The position numbers and the translations under genes were made by a program. The notes under the pieces are model-generated. The model was not told where the DNA came from. It searched no databases and was given only the letters and a program-made list of their open reading frames with translations. Below are positions 20,577 to 29,370 of a stretch of DNA of 64,000 nucleotides, in pieces; the first letter of the stretch is position 1, and the number at the start of each line of letters is the position of its first letter. This DNA comes from Methanomicrobiales archaeon (lineage in GTDB: Archaea; Halobacteriota; Methanomicrobia; Methanomicrobiales; JACTUA01): the NCBI GenBank assembly GCA_029907705.1, contig JARYLJ010000001.1:14454-78453 (forward strand). The letters run 5' to 3'.

Positions 20577-22823
20577 TCAGTTCTTCCCCCGTCGGTAAAG
20601 CAGATAACCCCCGCCGGCGAGCATCGCCACCCCGATGGATGGGAGAATAAAGCGTGCATGAGATGTTTGACCCTCCTGCTCCGGCATTGGCGCTTCTAGT
20701 GGGGCGATCTCCTCCGCATTTCCATCCGTAATGCAGATTTCGGCGGCTTCGCATCCTCCGCTCTGATCCCCACCCCTGTAAGCGGTGGATACCGGCACCG
20801 GCGTTTGAGTGGCGGAGGGGCCCGTTGTGGACGGCGCTGCCGCGGGAGAGAGCAGCGGCGTGACAGTTGCGGCTGGTGCGAGATGCGTTTCATCTCCGCC
20901 CCCATCGCTGGAGGAGGGCCATCCCTCCGCATCATGGGTCCTGACCACGTATGCGGCGCAGCTTTCGTTCGCATTCCCTGCCAGATCCACAGGCGTGAGG
21001 CGCACATGGTACGACACTCCCGGCTGGAGTCCCGGAAAGGTCCATGCCTCCGTCCCAATATTCGCCTCTCCTGACCTCTGGCCGTCGAGGTACACGATGA
21101 GGTGCGAGAGGTCCGTATCCGGGGGATCCGCCCATGCGAGTGTGAAGGAGCCGCTGCTCGCCATCGTCACATGCACTCCAGCCGGGCAGCGCGGCGGAAC
21201 GTTGTCATCCAGCAGAGGCGATGGTGTGGGTTCGGGGCTCGGCGAAGGGCTCGGTTCCGGGATCGGCGTGCCCTCGGGGGTGATCGTGGGCGTGCAGCTC
21301 GGGGTCGTCTCGGGCACCGCTGCTTCTGCCGTCATCGCCGTATGGTTCACCCAGCTGGCGTTCACGTTCCCTTTCAGGTCCACGGTCCTCGTCCCCAGCT
21401 CATAGGCTCTCGCCGGCTCCAGACCGTCTGCCCGAAACGACATCTTCTCCCTTTCCACCGTCCCCCGGAGAGAACCGTCCAGGTAGATCTCCACGTGCGA
21501 GAGATCGGCATCCGGTGGATCCTCCCAGATCCAGCGTATCGAAGTTGCTTCGTATGTGGCATTCGTCAGGTTCACCACACCCGAGGGCGGGATCGTATCG
21601 GGAGGCGGAGGGACAAGATAGAGGGGATGCGGACCTGCGAGTGGATGCGGATCGAGGATCTCCACATCTTCGTACGGCATATCCAGAATGCCGTCGCCGT
21701 CCGAATCCGTCGAAGCAAAGGCGTCCCAGTAGTTGCCGGTCGTGTTCGTGTATACGCCACCCAGGTAGCCGTACTCCAGTTCCGGCGAGACCCACGAGGC
21801 GATGGACGAGGCGCTCCTCGCGGCGGTGGTGTCGCGGATGAAGCTGTTCAGGAAGATGCGGATGGGGGATGCGGAACCCGATGCGTTCACCCAGATGCCA
21901 TAACCCGAGTCGGTCAGGTAATTGCCTGAGATGCACACATCGTTCGAATGCTCCAGGTATATGCCGTACCCGAGGTGGAATCTCGTCTGCGAGATGGTGT
22001 TTCCCTGGAGCGATGCACCGGAGACGTTCTCCAGGTGGGCGCCTGCCCAGAAGGTATCGTTTAGAGTGCAGGACTCGATCGTGATATTGCCCGAGTCCCT
22101 TGCCCGGATGCCGTAACCTTCGCGTTCTCCCGTGGACTGGACGAGGAGACCGACGATCCGTGTATCGGAGGAGCGCTGTACGTCCACACCGCAGGTTCCG
22201 CTCCGGATGATCGTCCCCCACCGAAGGAGAGTGCCCGAGGAGCCATCGATATGAACGCCCGAGACGTTGTTCCGCGTGGCGTTCAGCCCCTCTATCGTGG
22301 TGGAGTTCGCACCCCTCAGGTATACACCCCTCCCATACCCTCCATAGCCCGGATATGCATTCAGATCGCAGGAAGTATTCGAGATCGTCGTGTTCTTCGC
22401 CCGGTGTACCACGATGCCGAACCGGTAGTTCTCCACCGCCTCGCAGCCCCGTATCACGACATCGTCTGCCGAGACGTTCACTCCTGCCTCTGTTGCGTTC
22501 CTCACCCGGAAGCCCTCGATCAATGCACCATTCGCGGTGACGAGGATCGTGTTCTGGCCGATCCTCAAACGGCCGTCGATGATCGGGTTGCCGATCCCGC
22601 GCAGCGTGACGCTCCGGTTCAGCACCAGGTTCTCGAAGTATGTCCCGCTGTTCACCTCGATCGTATCGCCGTCCGTGGCGTTGTTGATCGCCCTCTGAAT
22701 GCTTCTCCCCGGGGAGACGGTGAGGATGGCCGCATCCGAGATGGATGGGAGCAATAATATGGCGATGCAAACGAGGATGGCGATACTGCAGCGTGTGTAG
22801 GTACGACTCCGGACTCTCCGCAT
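20577..22823 (-). CDS. secreted right-handed parallel beta-helix (PbH1/NosD-like) surface protein with two FN3-like modules and a C-terminal TM anchor
   Basis: Signal peptide MRRVRSRTYTRCSIAILVCIAILLLPSISDA (ATG 22823). Contains a TVSPG..IQRAINNATDGDTIEVNSGTYFENL module, GNYWDAF..DSDGDGILDMPY, two ...DADLSH.EIYLDG... modules and the tail ILPSIGVAMLAGGGYLLYRRGKN. Confidence 0.85.
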   Translation of the reverse strand: MRRVRSRTYTRCSIAILVCIAILLLPSISDAAILTVSPGRSIQRAINNATDGDTIEVNSGTYFENLVLNRSVTLRGIGNPIIDGRLRIGQNTILVTANGALIEGFRVRNATEAGVNVSADDVVIRGCEAVENYRFGIVVHRAKNTTISNTSCDLNAYPGYGGYGRGVYLRGANSTTIEGLNATRNNVSGVHIDGSSGTLLRWGTIIRSGTCGVDVQRSSDTRIVGLLVQSTGEREGYGIRARDSGNITIESCTLNDTFWAGAHLENVSGASLQGNTISQTRFHLGYGIYLEHSNDVCISGNYLTDSGYGIWVNASGSASPIRIFLNSFIRDTTAARSASSIASWVSPELEYGYLGGVYTNTTGNYWDAFASTDSDGDGILDMPYEDVEILDPHPLAGPHPLYLVPPPPDTIPPSGVVNLTNATYEATSIRWIWEDPPDADLSHVEIYLDGSLRGTVEREKMSFRADGLEPARAYELGTRTVDLKGNVNASWVNHTAMTAEAAVPETTPSCTPTITPEGTPIPEPSPSPSPEPTPSPLLDDNVPPRCPAGVHVTMASSGSFTLAWADPPDTDLSHLIVYLDGQRSGEANIGTEAWTFPGLQPGVSYHVRLTPVDLAGNANESCAAYVVRTHDAEGWPSSSDGGGDETHLAPAATVTPLLSPAAAPSTTGPSATQTPVPVSTAYRGGDQSGGCEAAEICITDGNAEEIAPLEAPMPEQEGQTSHARFILPSIGVAMLAGGGYLLYRRGKN

Positions 22824-23717
22824 CTGTCTCTGCACCCCTGTGATCTTCGAGAGGATGGATGAACGAAGGGCTCGCGCAGGTGGATAGAGGTCGTTCCGGA
22901 CTGCAGATACATGTCGTAACCTGCGCCTGCTGGTGCTGCACCGGGACGCGACCTGACCTGCCACTGCTTCAGCCTGACATGAGAGGTTGTTCGGAAGAAG
23001 AGAAGAACCCTCCTTTTTGGAATCCGGATGGGCGCTCGTTTCAGATCCGGTTCGCCCCCGTTACCTGGGCCACCATGCTCCTCGAGGATGCACCGCTGAT
23101 ACGATCCGCCATCGAAGTACCCCATCGATGAATCGATCCCGTTTGATCCCGTTTGATCCTCTGTCATGAACCGGATCGACCGAAGGGGATACGTACTCCT
23201 TTTGCGAAGGAAAGTACCCTTTTTTCCGATGGTTTTTCCAGATGTGCTTCCGTCGATTTTCAGATGTCGGGATCGGGGGCATATCCATGGTTTTTTGTGG
23301 CGTCGAATGCTCCGGGGGGCGCCGCATGGATCCATTCATGCTGTTCAGGCGCTCCTGTGCGCGATATCCACGTTTATTCGGATCGAACTTCGGGCGATCC
23401 ATGGCATTCACGGAGAGTATGGCAGGAGTGCGATACGTTCGCCATTCAAAACACTGCTGCATGTCACGATAGCGTTCGGTCTGGCAGGAGTATCGAGGGC
23501 GATAACCTGAATCCAGAATTCACGGGTGGACTTCTGTTCCAGGTCGGGATATAACGTATGCTCGAGAAGAGAGGGGGCAGGCCGAACTCAATGGATCGTC
23601 GGGCCTAAAAGGGCTCATCAGTGCCGATCCGAAAAAGTCCGATCGGGAGATCGGCGACCCTGCGGAAGGGAGCGTCAGCCCGTCTATCTGCGCGGCCACC
23701 GGCCCTCTGACCACCGT

Positions 23718-24467
23718 TCAGAGGCCATCTTCAGGATTATCGGATGTCCTGCCCTGCATCATCCGCCTCAGTGCCCCGAGGCTCTCCACCGTCCCCTCGT
23801 ACGTCTCCACCTCCACGATGGGGGCGGCGCGGCTCCTTCCCATCGCATCGATCACCCGTCCAAAGTCGATATTTCCCTTCCCGATCGCGGAGTGCGTGTC
23901 CTCCTTCCCATCGTTGTCGTGCAGGTGGAAGTGCGCGATGGGCATCTCGAGGAACTTATCCAGGCAGTCGTTCAGATGTGCATGCCCGATGTCCAGCGCA
24001 AGGCCGCACCCGTCGATCAGCCCCACCTCCTCCGGGTAGCGGAGGAGGAAGTAGTCCCAGTTGCCCATGTTCTCGACGTAGAAGGTGACCGAGAGCTCCT
24101 CCGCTGCATCCAGGAGCTCTTCGAGGGATCGGGTGAACTGGTGCAGCGCCCTCTCCCGCTCCTCCTTCCAGGTCCAGTAACCGGGGTGTATGACCACGGG
24201 TGCATCGACCTCCGCCGCCATGCGAAACGCCTGCGATAGCACCTCCACGCTCCCCCTCCGGATGGGCTCGAGAGAGCTGGCGATGTTCACGCTCCGGCAG
24301 GGTGCGTGGAAGAAGAATTCCGCGCTGTAGCTCTCGAGCACCGACCCATCCTCGATGAAATGATTCCCATCGTCCATGATCTCCACCTTATCGGTAAGGG
24401 CGGCGATCCGCTCCAGTGCCGTGGGGAGTGGCTCCGAGTGGAGGCAGTAGGTGGAGATCCCGAACAT
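23718..24467 (-). CDS. sugar phosphate isomerase/epimerase (xylose isomerase-like TIM barrel) family protein
   Basis: 249 aa with FHAP...VVIHPGY...YVENMG...LDIGHAH...HLHDNDG metal-ligand pattern typical of AP endonuclease 2/xylose isomerase-like TIM barrels. Confidence 0.75.
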   Translation of the reverse strand: MFGISTYCLHSEPLPTALERIAALTDKVEIMDDGNHFIEDGSVLESYSAEFFFHAPCRSVNIASSLEPIRRGSVEVLSQAFRMAAEVDAPVVIHPGYWTWKEERERALHQFTRSLEELLDAAEELSVTFYVENMGNWDYFLLRYPEEVGLIDGCGLALDIGHAHLNDCLDKFLEMPIAHFHLHDNDGKEDTHSAIGKGNIDFGRVIDAMGRSRAAPIVEVETYEGTVESLGALRRMMQGRTSDNPEDGL

Positions 24468-26059
24468 GCTGATCGATTGGCAGGGCTAAACCAAAAAACT
24501 CCGGGTGTATGCAGAAAGACCGTCGGACCGGATCGGAACAAAGGAATCCGGCTCGGGTCGGAAGACCGGCGATCCTGACGGGGTTCGTTTTTCCATGCCC
24601 TGCCTCCAGTCTCCAGCGCATGAGGATGAGATCACTCGGAAAAAAGGTCCACCGGATATGCATTTTACCCATGATACGGACGCGTGCGGGAGTGCACCAC
24701 TCGATAATCACCATTCGACCTACGGAGGGGTTCCTCGCCCTCTGTCTGTCCGTTTGAGTCATGTAGATACCACTGGCGCGATCGAAGGGGCGGGCGCCGG
24801 TACGGAAGAGAACGTGGCATTCGCCTGCGGCTCTGCGAGGAAGAGATCGGGGGGCGTTCCTCGATCTCCTCGTGTGGAACTGTATGTGATGGTTCATCGA
24901 GTAAGGGGAGACGCATGCTTTGCCCTCTCCCTGAAGGATACGACACCGATGATCCTGAAATATCGTCGGGTATGTGGCATCGACAACGATGTCGTCTCTC
25001 TGGCGCGGGAGTCCGACCTTGAATCGGAACCATTGTGAGTGAATGCACCCGTGAGGGCATCCTTCGCCGGTTCCTGCTTCGTCTCGACCATGGCAGAGAC
25101 CTGCCCGATCCCATAAGACGCCATGGGAGAGATCGGGGACGGCAAACATTTCTACGAGGAGCCAGGCTTCAACATTCGACGGAGGAGAGAGCCGACTCCG
25201 GTTCGTTCGGTGTTGGTCCATCCATCCGGAATCGTCCGGGGCCAGAAGGCATAAAGGCGATTAATACCGGATATCCCCTGACCGAGCCGGCGCAGCCGGC
25301 ATCCATCTTAACCCCAGCGCCAGTTTTCCTTCGATGCATCCCGGTTCACACACCGTTCAGAGCCGTCATATTCCATGGTAAAAAACATCTCTTTGAGCAT
25401 TCTCCGCCCTTCATCCGGCAATGAAGAGAGTCCGATCCCTTTCCTCAGAACACTCCCGAACCAGCCCCGATATATCACTGAAATGATTCACGGATGGCCT
25501 TGCTCCCTCTGAGGAGAGAGATCATTCCATACCGATGATCGATTCGAAGGGGAACGGACCGGCTTTTGAAAACAACTCCGTCATCCGAAGCCCATGAATT
25601 CCATCGAGGGATCCGAAGGACGCACCAGTGGTTATGGCACCTTCACCCCATCCTTCGGTATCGAGCGGCACGATCCCCCTTTGCTCCTTCGCAGATCGCC
25701 ATTCGATGTTTTGACGTGTTACGCGACGAAGATCGGATGGGGATAAAAGGCACCGGGGATCCTACCATAGTTCGACGGCTGCGGTGAGAATCCCGGCTGG
25801 AGCGAAAGAACCGCTTGCACAGGTTCATCCGGAGAATATCGAGAATTTGGGCCATTCAATGAGTCGCGTGGCAGGTGCCAGCGATGCTCTCGCGGGAAGG
25901 CGTGTCTCCCGTGCCTAGGAGGATGAGGGGGCAGAGGCGGGGGTGTTCAGGTGGTGAGATCCGTTTCGATTCAAATCTCTATCGCCCTATTTTTCAGCTT
26001 ATTCCTGTGAATGAAGGGAACCACGGGGGAGAGAGGGGGCTAAAGCAGCTCGGTGCTGC

Positions 26060-27271
26060 TCAGCCTCTCCGTCTGATCAGGAGGATGGCCGCCGCGACGA
26101 CAGCGATCACGAGGATTGCCCCCAACAATACAGGGAATTCCCATTTCGGCCTCCCGAGGATGGCGAGGACGTGTTTCCTGCCCGAATTACCAAAGGATGC
26201 CGTAAAGGTGAGGTTCTCACCCCTCTGAAGGTCCTGCGGGATAAGGATGGATGATCCGTTCTCGATCACATGAATCCCGACGGTCTCCAGGTCAAGTCCC
26301 TCCAGCTCACCCGGCAGCACCTGGGCGGAGACCAGAACCTCGCCCGCAACTTCGGGAGTCGTCATGCTCAGTGCGTTCCCCATCATCCTGGCGCCTTCCG
26401 GGGCCCCGATCGTGGTCGGCTCCACGCGGCAGTCCCCGCACCCGATCCTCCATCGTCCGAGTGTGAGCATGCTACCGCCGGATCTCATGAGCTGGATCGG
26501 AAGAGAGGTCTCCTGCGTGTCGATGATGGCCGCCGGTGAATCCAGGAGGGATATGGGCTGCACGGTGTGATTGAACATATCCCCGAAGATGCGGCTGTCC
26601 AGGGAGTTTCTCAGCACGATCCCGTGTTCGCACGACTCGAAGAGGTTCGCACCGATGCGGGCACGGGGCGAGTCCCCCGCCGCGATTCCGCTCTGACATC
26701 TCCGGAACGTATTCCCCTCGACAAAGAGATCCGCAGAGTGCGAGGCGCCGATCCCCTCGCTGCATCCCTCGAAATACGAGCCCCTGATCGTCGCTGACTG
26801 GCTCTGCTCAAGCCAGATCGCGGCACCCCGTATCCCAAAGAATGAATTGCCCTCCAGCTGGCCATTTGACACCCCCCGGAGCTGCACACCGCTGCTCTGA
26901 TTCATGAAGGTGCAGTTCCTGATGTGGAGAGAGTCCACAGCGACCGCGTAGATGCCGTAGCCCTCGCCGCTGAAGGCGATACTCTCCACCTCCACCCCGC
27001 TCCCATTCACGAAGAGATCGGTGCCACCCCTGTACGAGAGAATTACGGTACGCACCCCTTCACCCTTCAGCGTGAGCGGCTTTCCGATATTCAGGTGCTC
27101 TGTGTATGTGCCCTCGTGCACGAAGACCGTGTCGTGAGGCGAAGCGGCATCGATCGCTGCCTGCACGGATACCTGCGCGCACCCGGCAGGGCAGACATCG
27201 ATCGTCTCGCCTGCCGCCGGTGCCATGAACAGGGCGAGAAGGAGCAGGAGCGTTGAGATCCCCCGCCTCAT
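26060..27271 (-). CDS. secreted beta-helix (NosD/PbH1-like) protein with C-terminal TM anchor; third gene of the giant-protein operon
   Basis: Signal peptide MRRGISTLLLLLALFMAPAAG. Contains IDVCPAGCAQVSVQAAIDAASPHDTVFVHEGTYTEHL, repeated ..N.F......GI.. beta-helix turns and the tail KWEFPVLLGAILVIAVVAAAILLIRRRG. ATG 27271 overlaps the upstream stop (ATGA). Confidence 0.8.
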   Translation of the reverse strand: MRRGISTLLLLLALFMAPAAGETIDVCPAGCAQVSVQAAIDAASPHDTVFVHEGTYTEHLNIGKPLTLKGEGVRTVILSYRGGTDLFVNGSGVEVESIAFSGEGYGIYAVAVDSLHIRNCTFMNQSSGVQLRGVSNGQLEGNSFFGIRGAAIWLEQSQSATIRGSYFEGCSEGIGASHSADLFVEGNTFRRCQSGIAAGDSPRARIGANLFESCEHGIVLRNSLDSRIFGDMFNHTVQPISLLDSPAAIIDTQETSLPIQLMRSGGSMLTLGRWRIGCGDCRVEPTTIGAPEGARMMGNALSMTTPEVAGEVLVSAQVLPGELEGLDLETVGIHVIENGSSILIPQDLQRGENLTFTASFGNSGRKHVLAILGRPKWEFPVLLGAILVIAVVAAAILLIRRRG

Positions 27272-29370
27272 GCCCTCACCACCCTGATCTGGAGATCGCG
27301 CCAGTAATTTTCGCACAGGGTTTCTGAAGCCCAGAACTCCCTGCAGTAGGAGATGGAATAGGTGAGGTGTACTGGTTCGAATGAGTTCGAACCGGTCTTT
27401 TTCATGAGAGCATATGTCGAGCGGAACTGCTGCAGGGCCGGTCTCTCGGGATCGATCGGCACCTCCTCCAGGTACAGCCAGTCCCTGGCAGGTGGAGAGG
27501 CAGCGAGTACCTGTTCCAGGGGGTAACGGAGCGATGGGGAGAGTTTTCTTGGCACATAACTCTTCTCTGTCACGTTGTACTGCGAGACGGTGTGGCCCCA
27601 GTAGTCGGGCCCGTAATCGATCGAGAGCTCCTCACGGAATGCGCCGGTGGCAAAATCGTACCTCTTCGAGTTCTTCCATGAAAGGGGCGTATAAAAGGGA
27701 ACCGGACATGGATACGGGCACCCCTGTGGTGTGCAGCACGGATTCGTGCAGAGCACGTCCACCGGTCCCATATCGGACGCCATCTCCCATTGGCCCGTGA
27801 GCGGTATTTCGAGAGGGAGGGCATTGATCGCTATCAGGAGGTTTCCGCTGGTGTCCTCGCGGACGAGCCGGTTCACCTCCTCTCTGCCCTTCAAACGCCC
27901 GGAGACAGAGGCGGTCAGAGAGCCGGGGTTCGTAATGGGAGGGATCGTCACCCGACAGGATCCGAGCTTGGTCTCCATTCCGTCGTTCCATGATCTGTAT
28001 GTGTACTGGTACTGCAGCGTGGCATCGGTCCGCTCCTTCCGCGAGAGCCGGTCCCATTTCGTGTTCGAGGCGAGCCTGAAGGACTGCTCAATATCGTAGC
28101 GGACAAAATACGGGTTTAATGGCTCATATGTCCGGTGTTCACCCTCCGTCCAGTCGATCTGGATGACGAACTCATCCCTCTTCACCTCGATCACGACTGA
28201 CTGTCTCACCGCATCCGTGTACCCCTGGGGCTGGAATACGACGGGGATCTTCGCATATCCCACCCTCTGCCCGGCGGTGAAGGTGAAGAAGGCCTGCCCG
28301 TTCGGATCCGTAATGAGTGATTCTGCAGGCGTCACGAAGCCGTCCAGCAGGAGATGCTTCTCGACCAGTATCATTCTGCCCTGAAGGGGTCTCCTCCCCC
28401 CCTGCGGAGTCACCTCATAGAGCGAGATCGCCACACCGGTACTCTCCCCCCTGCCCAGGGAGGCCTTCTCTGCCCTGGCATCCATCGCGATGCCGTAGAG
28501 CATCACCTCGCCCTGCACCCGAAAGATCCTTCCTCCCCGTCCATGTACCTGTGCCTGGATCGTATCACTCCCCGCATGCACCCCCTTCGCGGCCCATGCA
28601 TGATAGATCGCCTGCGCCTGGCCATTCCGATCTGTGAGAGAGTAGAGGAATTCACCCTCCCTGCCATCCGTCTCTCTCAGATAACCCCGCGAGGTCTGCT
28701 CCGGCAGATAGACACGAAGCCCTGCCACAGGATTCCCGTGGCAGTCTGTCACCCTCGCCACGATCGACGCCTCCTCGTGCCCCTCCTCGAAGGTGACACC
28801 TGCAGGGGCCATTGAGAGCTGGATGACCGGGGCTCTGGGGGGCGAGTTGTGGGTCCTCTCCCAGGCATCAATCCTCCCCTTCAGATCCCCGAATGCGGAG
28901 GCGGCCCCTCGTACGGCACCCGGCAGTCCATCCTTAGAATAGGCCCGACCGGATACACGGTGGACCGAGGCGGCGAGGTCCACGTCCAAAAGCGCAGATG
29001 TGAGCACATACTCCGATCCCACCCGGCTGATCTCCAGAGTGACGATGTATTCTGCCTGGGATGCCGCACCTATCTCGTTCATCCTCTCCTCCCACGCCCC
29101 CTCGTGGTAATAACCGAGGAGTGCACGCTGCTCCTCGAACCTGAGCATCTCCGAGAGATCGTTCTGGCTCAGCAGCTGGATCTCCGGGTTCGAGGATCGG
29201 AGCGAGATGGAGAATGCATCGTTCAGGGCCGCTGCCTCCTCATCGGTCAGTCCCTCCCCATGGATCCCCGTCGGCATCACCACCACCTTCGGTGCCGGAC
29301 ACTGGGCAGACACGGCGATGGGCATGAGTAGGAAGAGGAGCATCAGCCAGAGCGTTGCCCTCCCCCTCAT
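27268..29370 (-). CDS. secreted 700-aa protein: LpoB/CsgG-like N-terminal domain, two Ig-like (Big-type) modules, novel Cys/Pro-rich C-terminal domain
   Basis: Signal peptide MRGRATLWLMLLFLLMPIAVSA. Domain calls are by sequence pattern only. ATG 29370 overlaps the stop of the 2349-aa gene (ATGA). Confidence 0.75.
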   Translation of the reverse strand: MRGRATLWLMLLFLLMPIAVSAQCPAPKVVVMPTGIHGEGLTDEEAAALNDAFSISLRSSNPEIQLLSQNDLSEMLRFEEQRALLGYYHEGAWEERMNEIGAASQAEYIVTLEISRVGSEYVLTSALLDVDLAASVHRVSGRAYSKDGLPGAVRGAASAFGDLKGRIDAWERTHNSPPRAPVIQLSMAPAGVTFEEGHEEASIVARVTDCHGNPVAGLRVYLPEQTSRGYLRETDGREGEFLYSLTDRNGQAQAIYHAWAAKGVHAGSDTIQAQVHGRGGRIFRVQGEVMLYGIAMDARAEKASLGRGESTGVAISLYEVTPQGGRRPLQGRMILVEKHLLLDGFVTPAESLITDPNGQAFFTFTAGQRVGYAKIPVVFQPQGYTDAVRQSVVIEVKRDEFVIQIDWTEGEHRTYEPLNPYFVRYDIEQSFRLASNTKWDRLSRKERTDATLQYQYTYRSWNDGMETKLGSCRVTIPPITNPGSLTASVSGRLKGREEVNRLVREDTSGNLLIAINALPLEIPLTGQWEMASDMGPVDVLCTNPCCTPQGCPYPCPVPFYTPLSWKNSKRYDFATGAFREELSIDYGPDYWGHTVSQYNVTEKSYVPRKLSPSLRYPLEQVLAASPPARDWLYLEEVPIDPERPALQQFRSTYALMKKTGSNSFEPVHLTYSISYCREFWASETLCENYWRDLQIRVVRA

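Noticed and set aside
23138-23157. Tandem 10-mer CCCGTTTGAT x2 in the spacer upstream of the 748-aa surface gene.
   Set aside because: There are only two copies in an otherwise unstructured region, so it is probably a trivial slippage duplication.
25308-25400. A 30-aa minus-strand ORF (MLKEMFFTMEYDGSERCVNRDASKENWRWG) with an adjacent GGCGGAG, inside the ORF-free 24.5-26 kb region.
   Set aside because: It is too short, has no recognisable motif or hydrophobic segment, and I cannot assess conservation. It may be a chance ORF.
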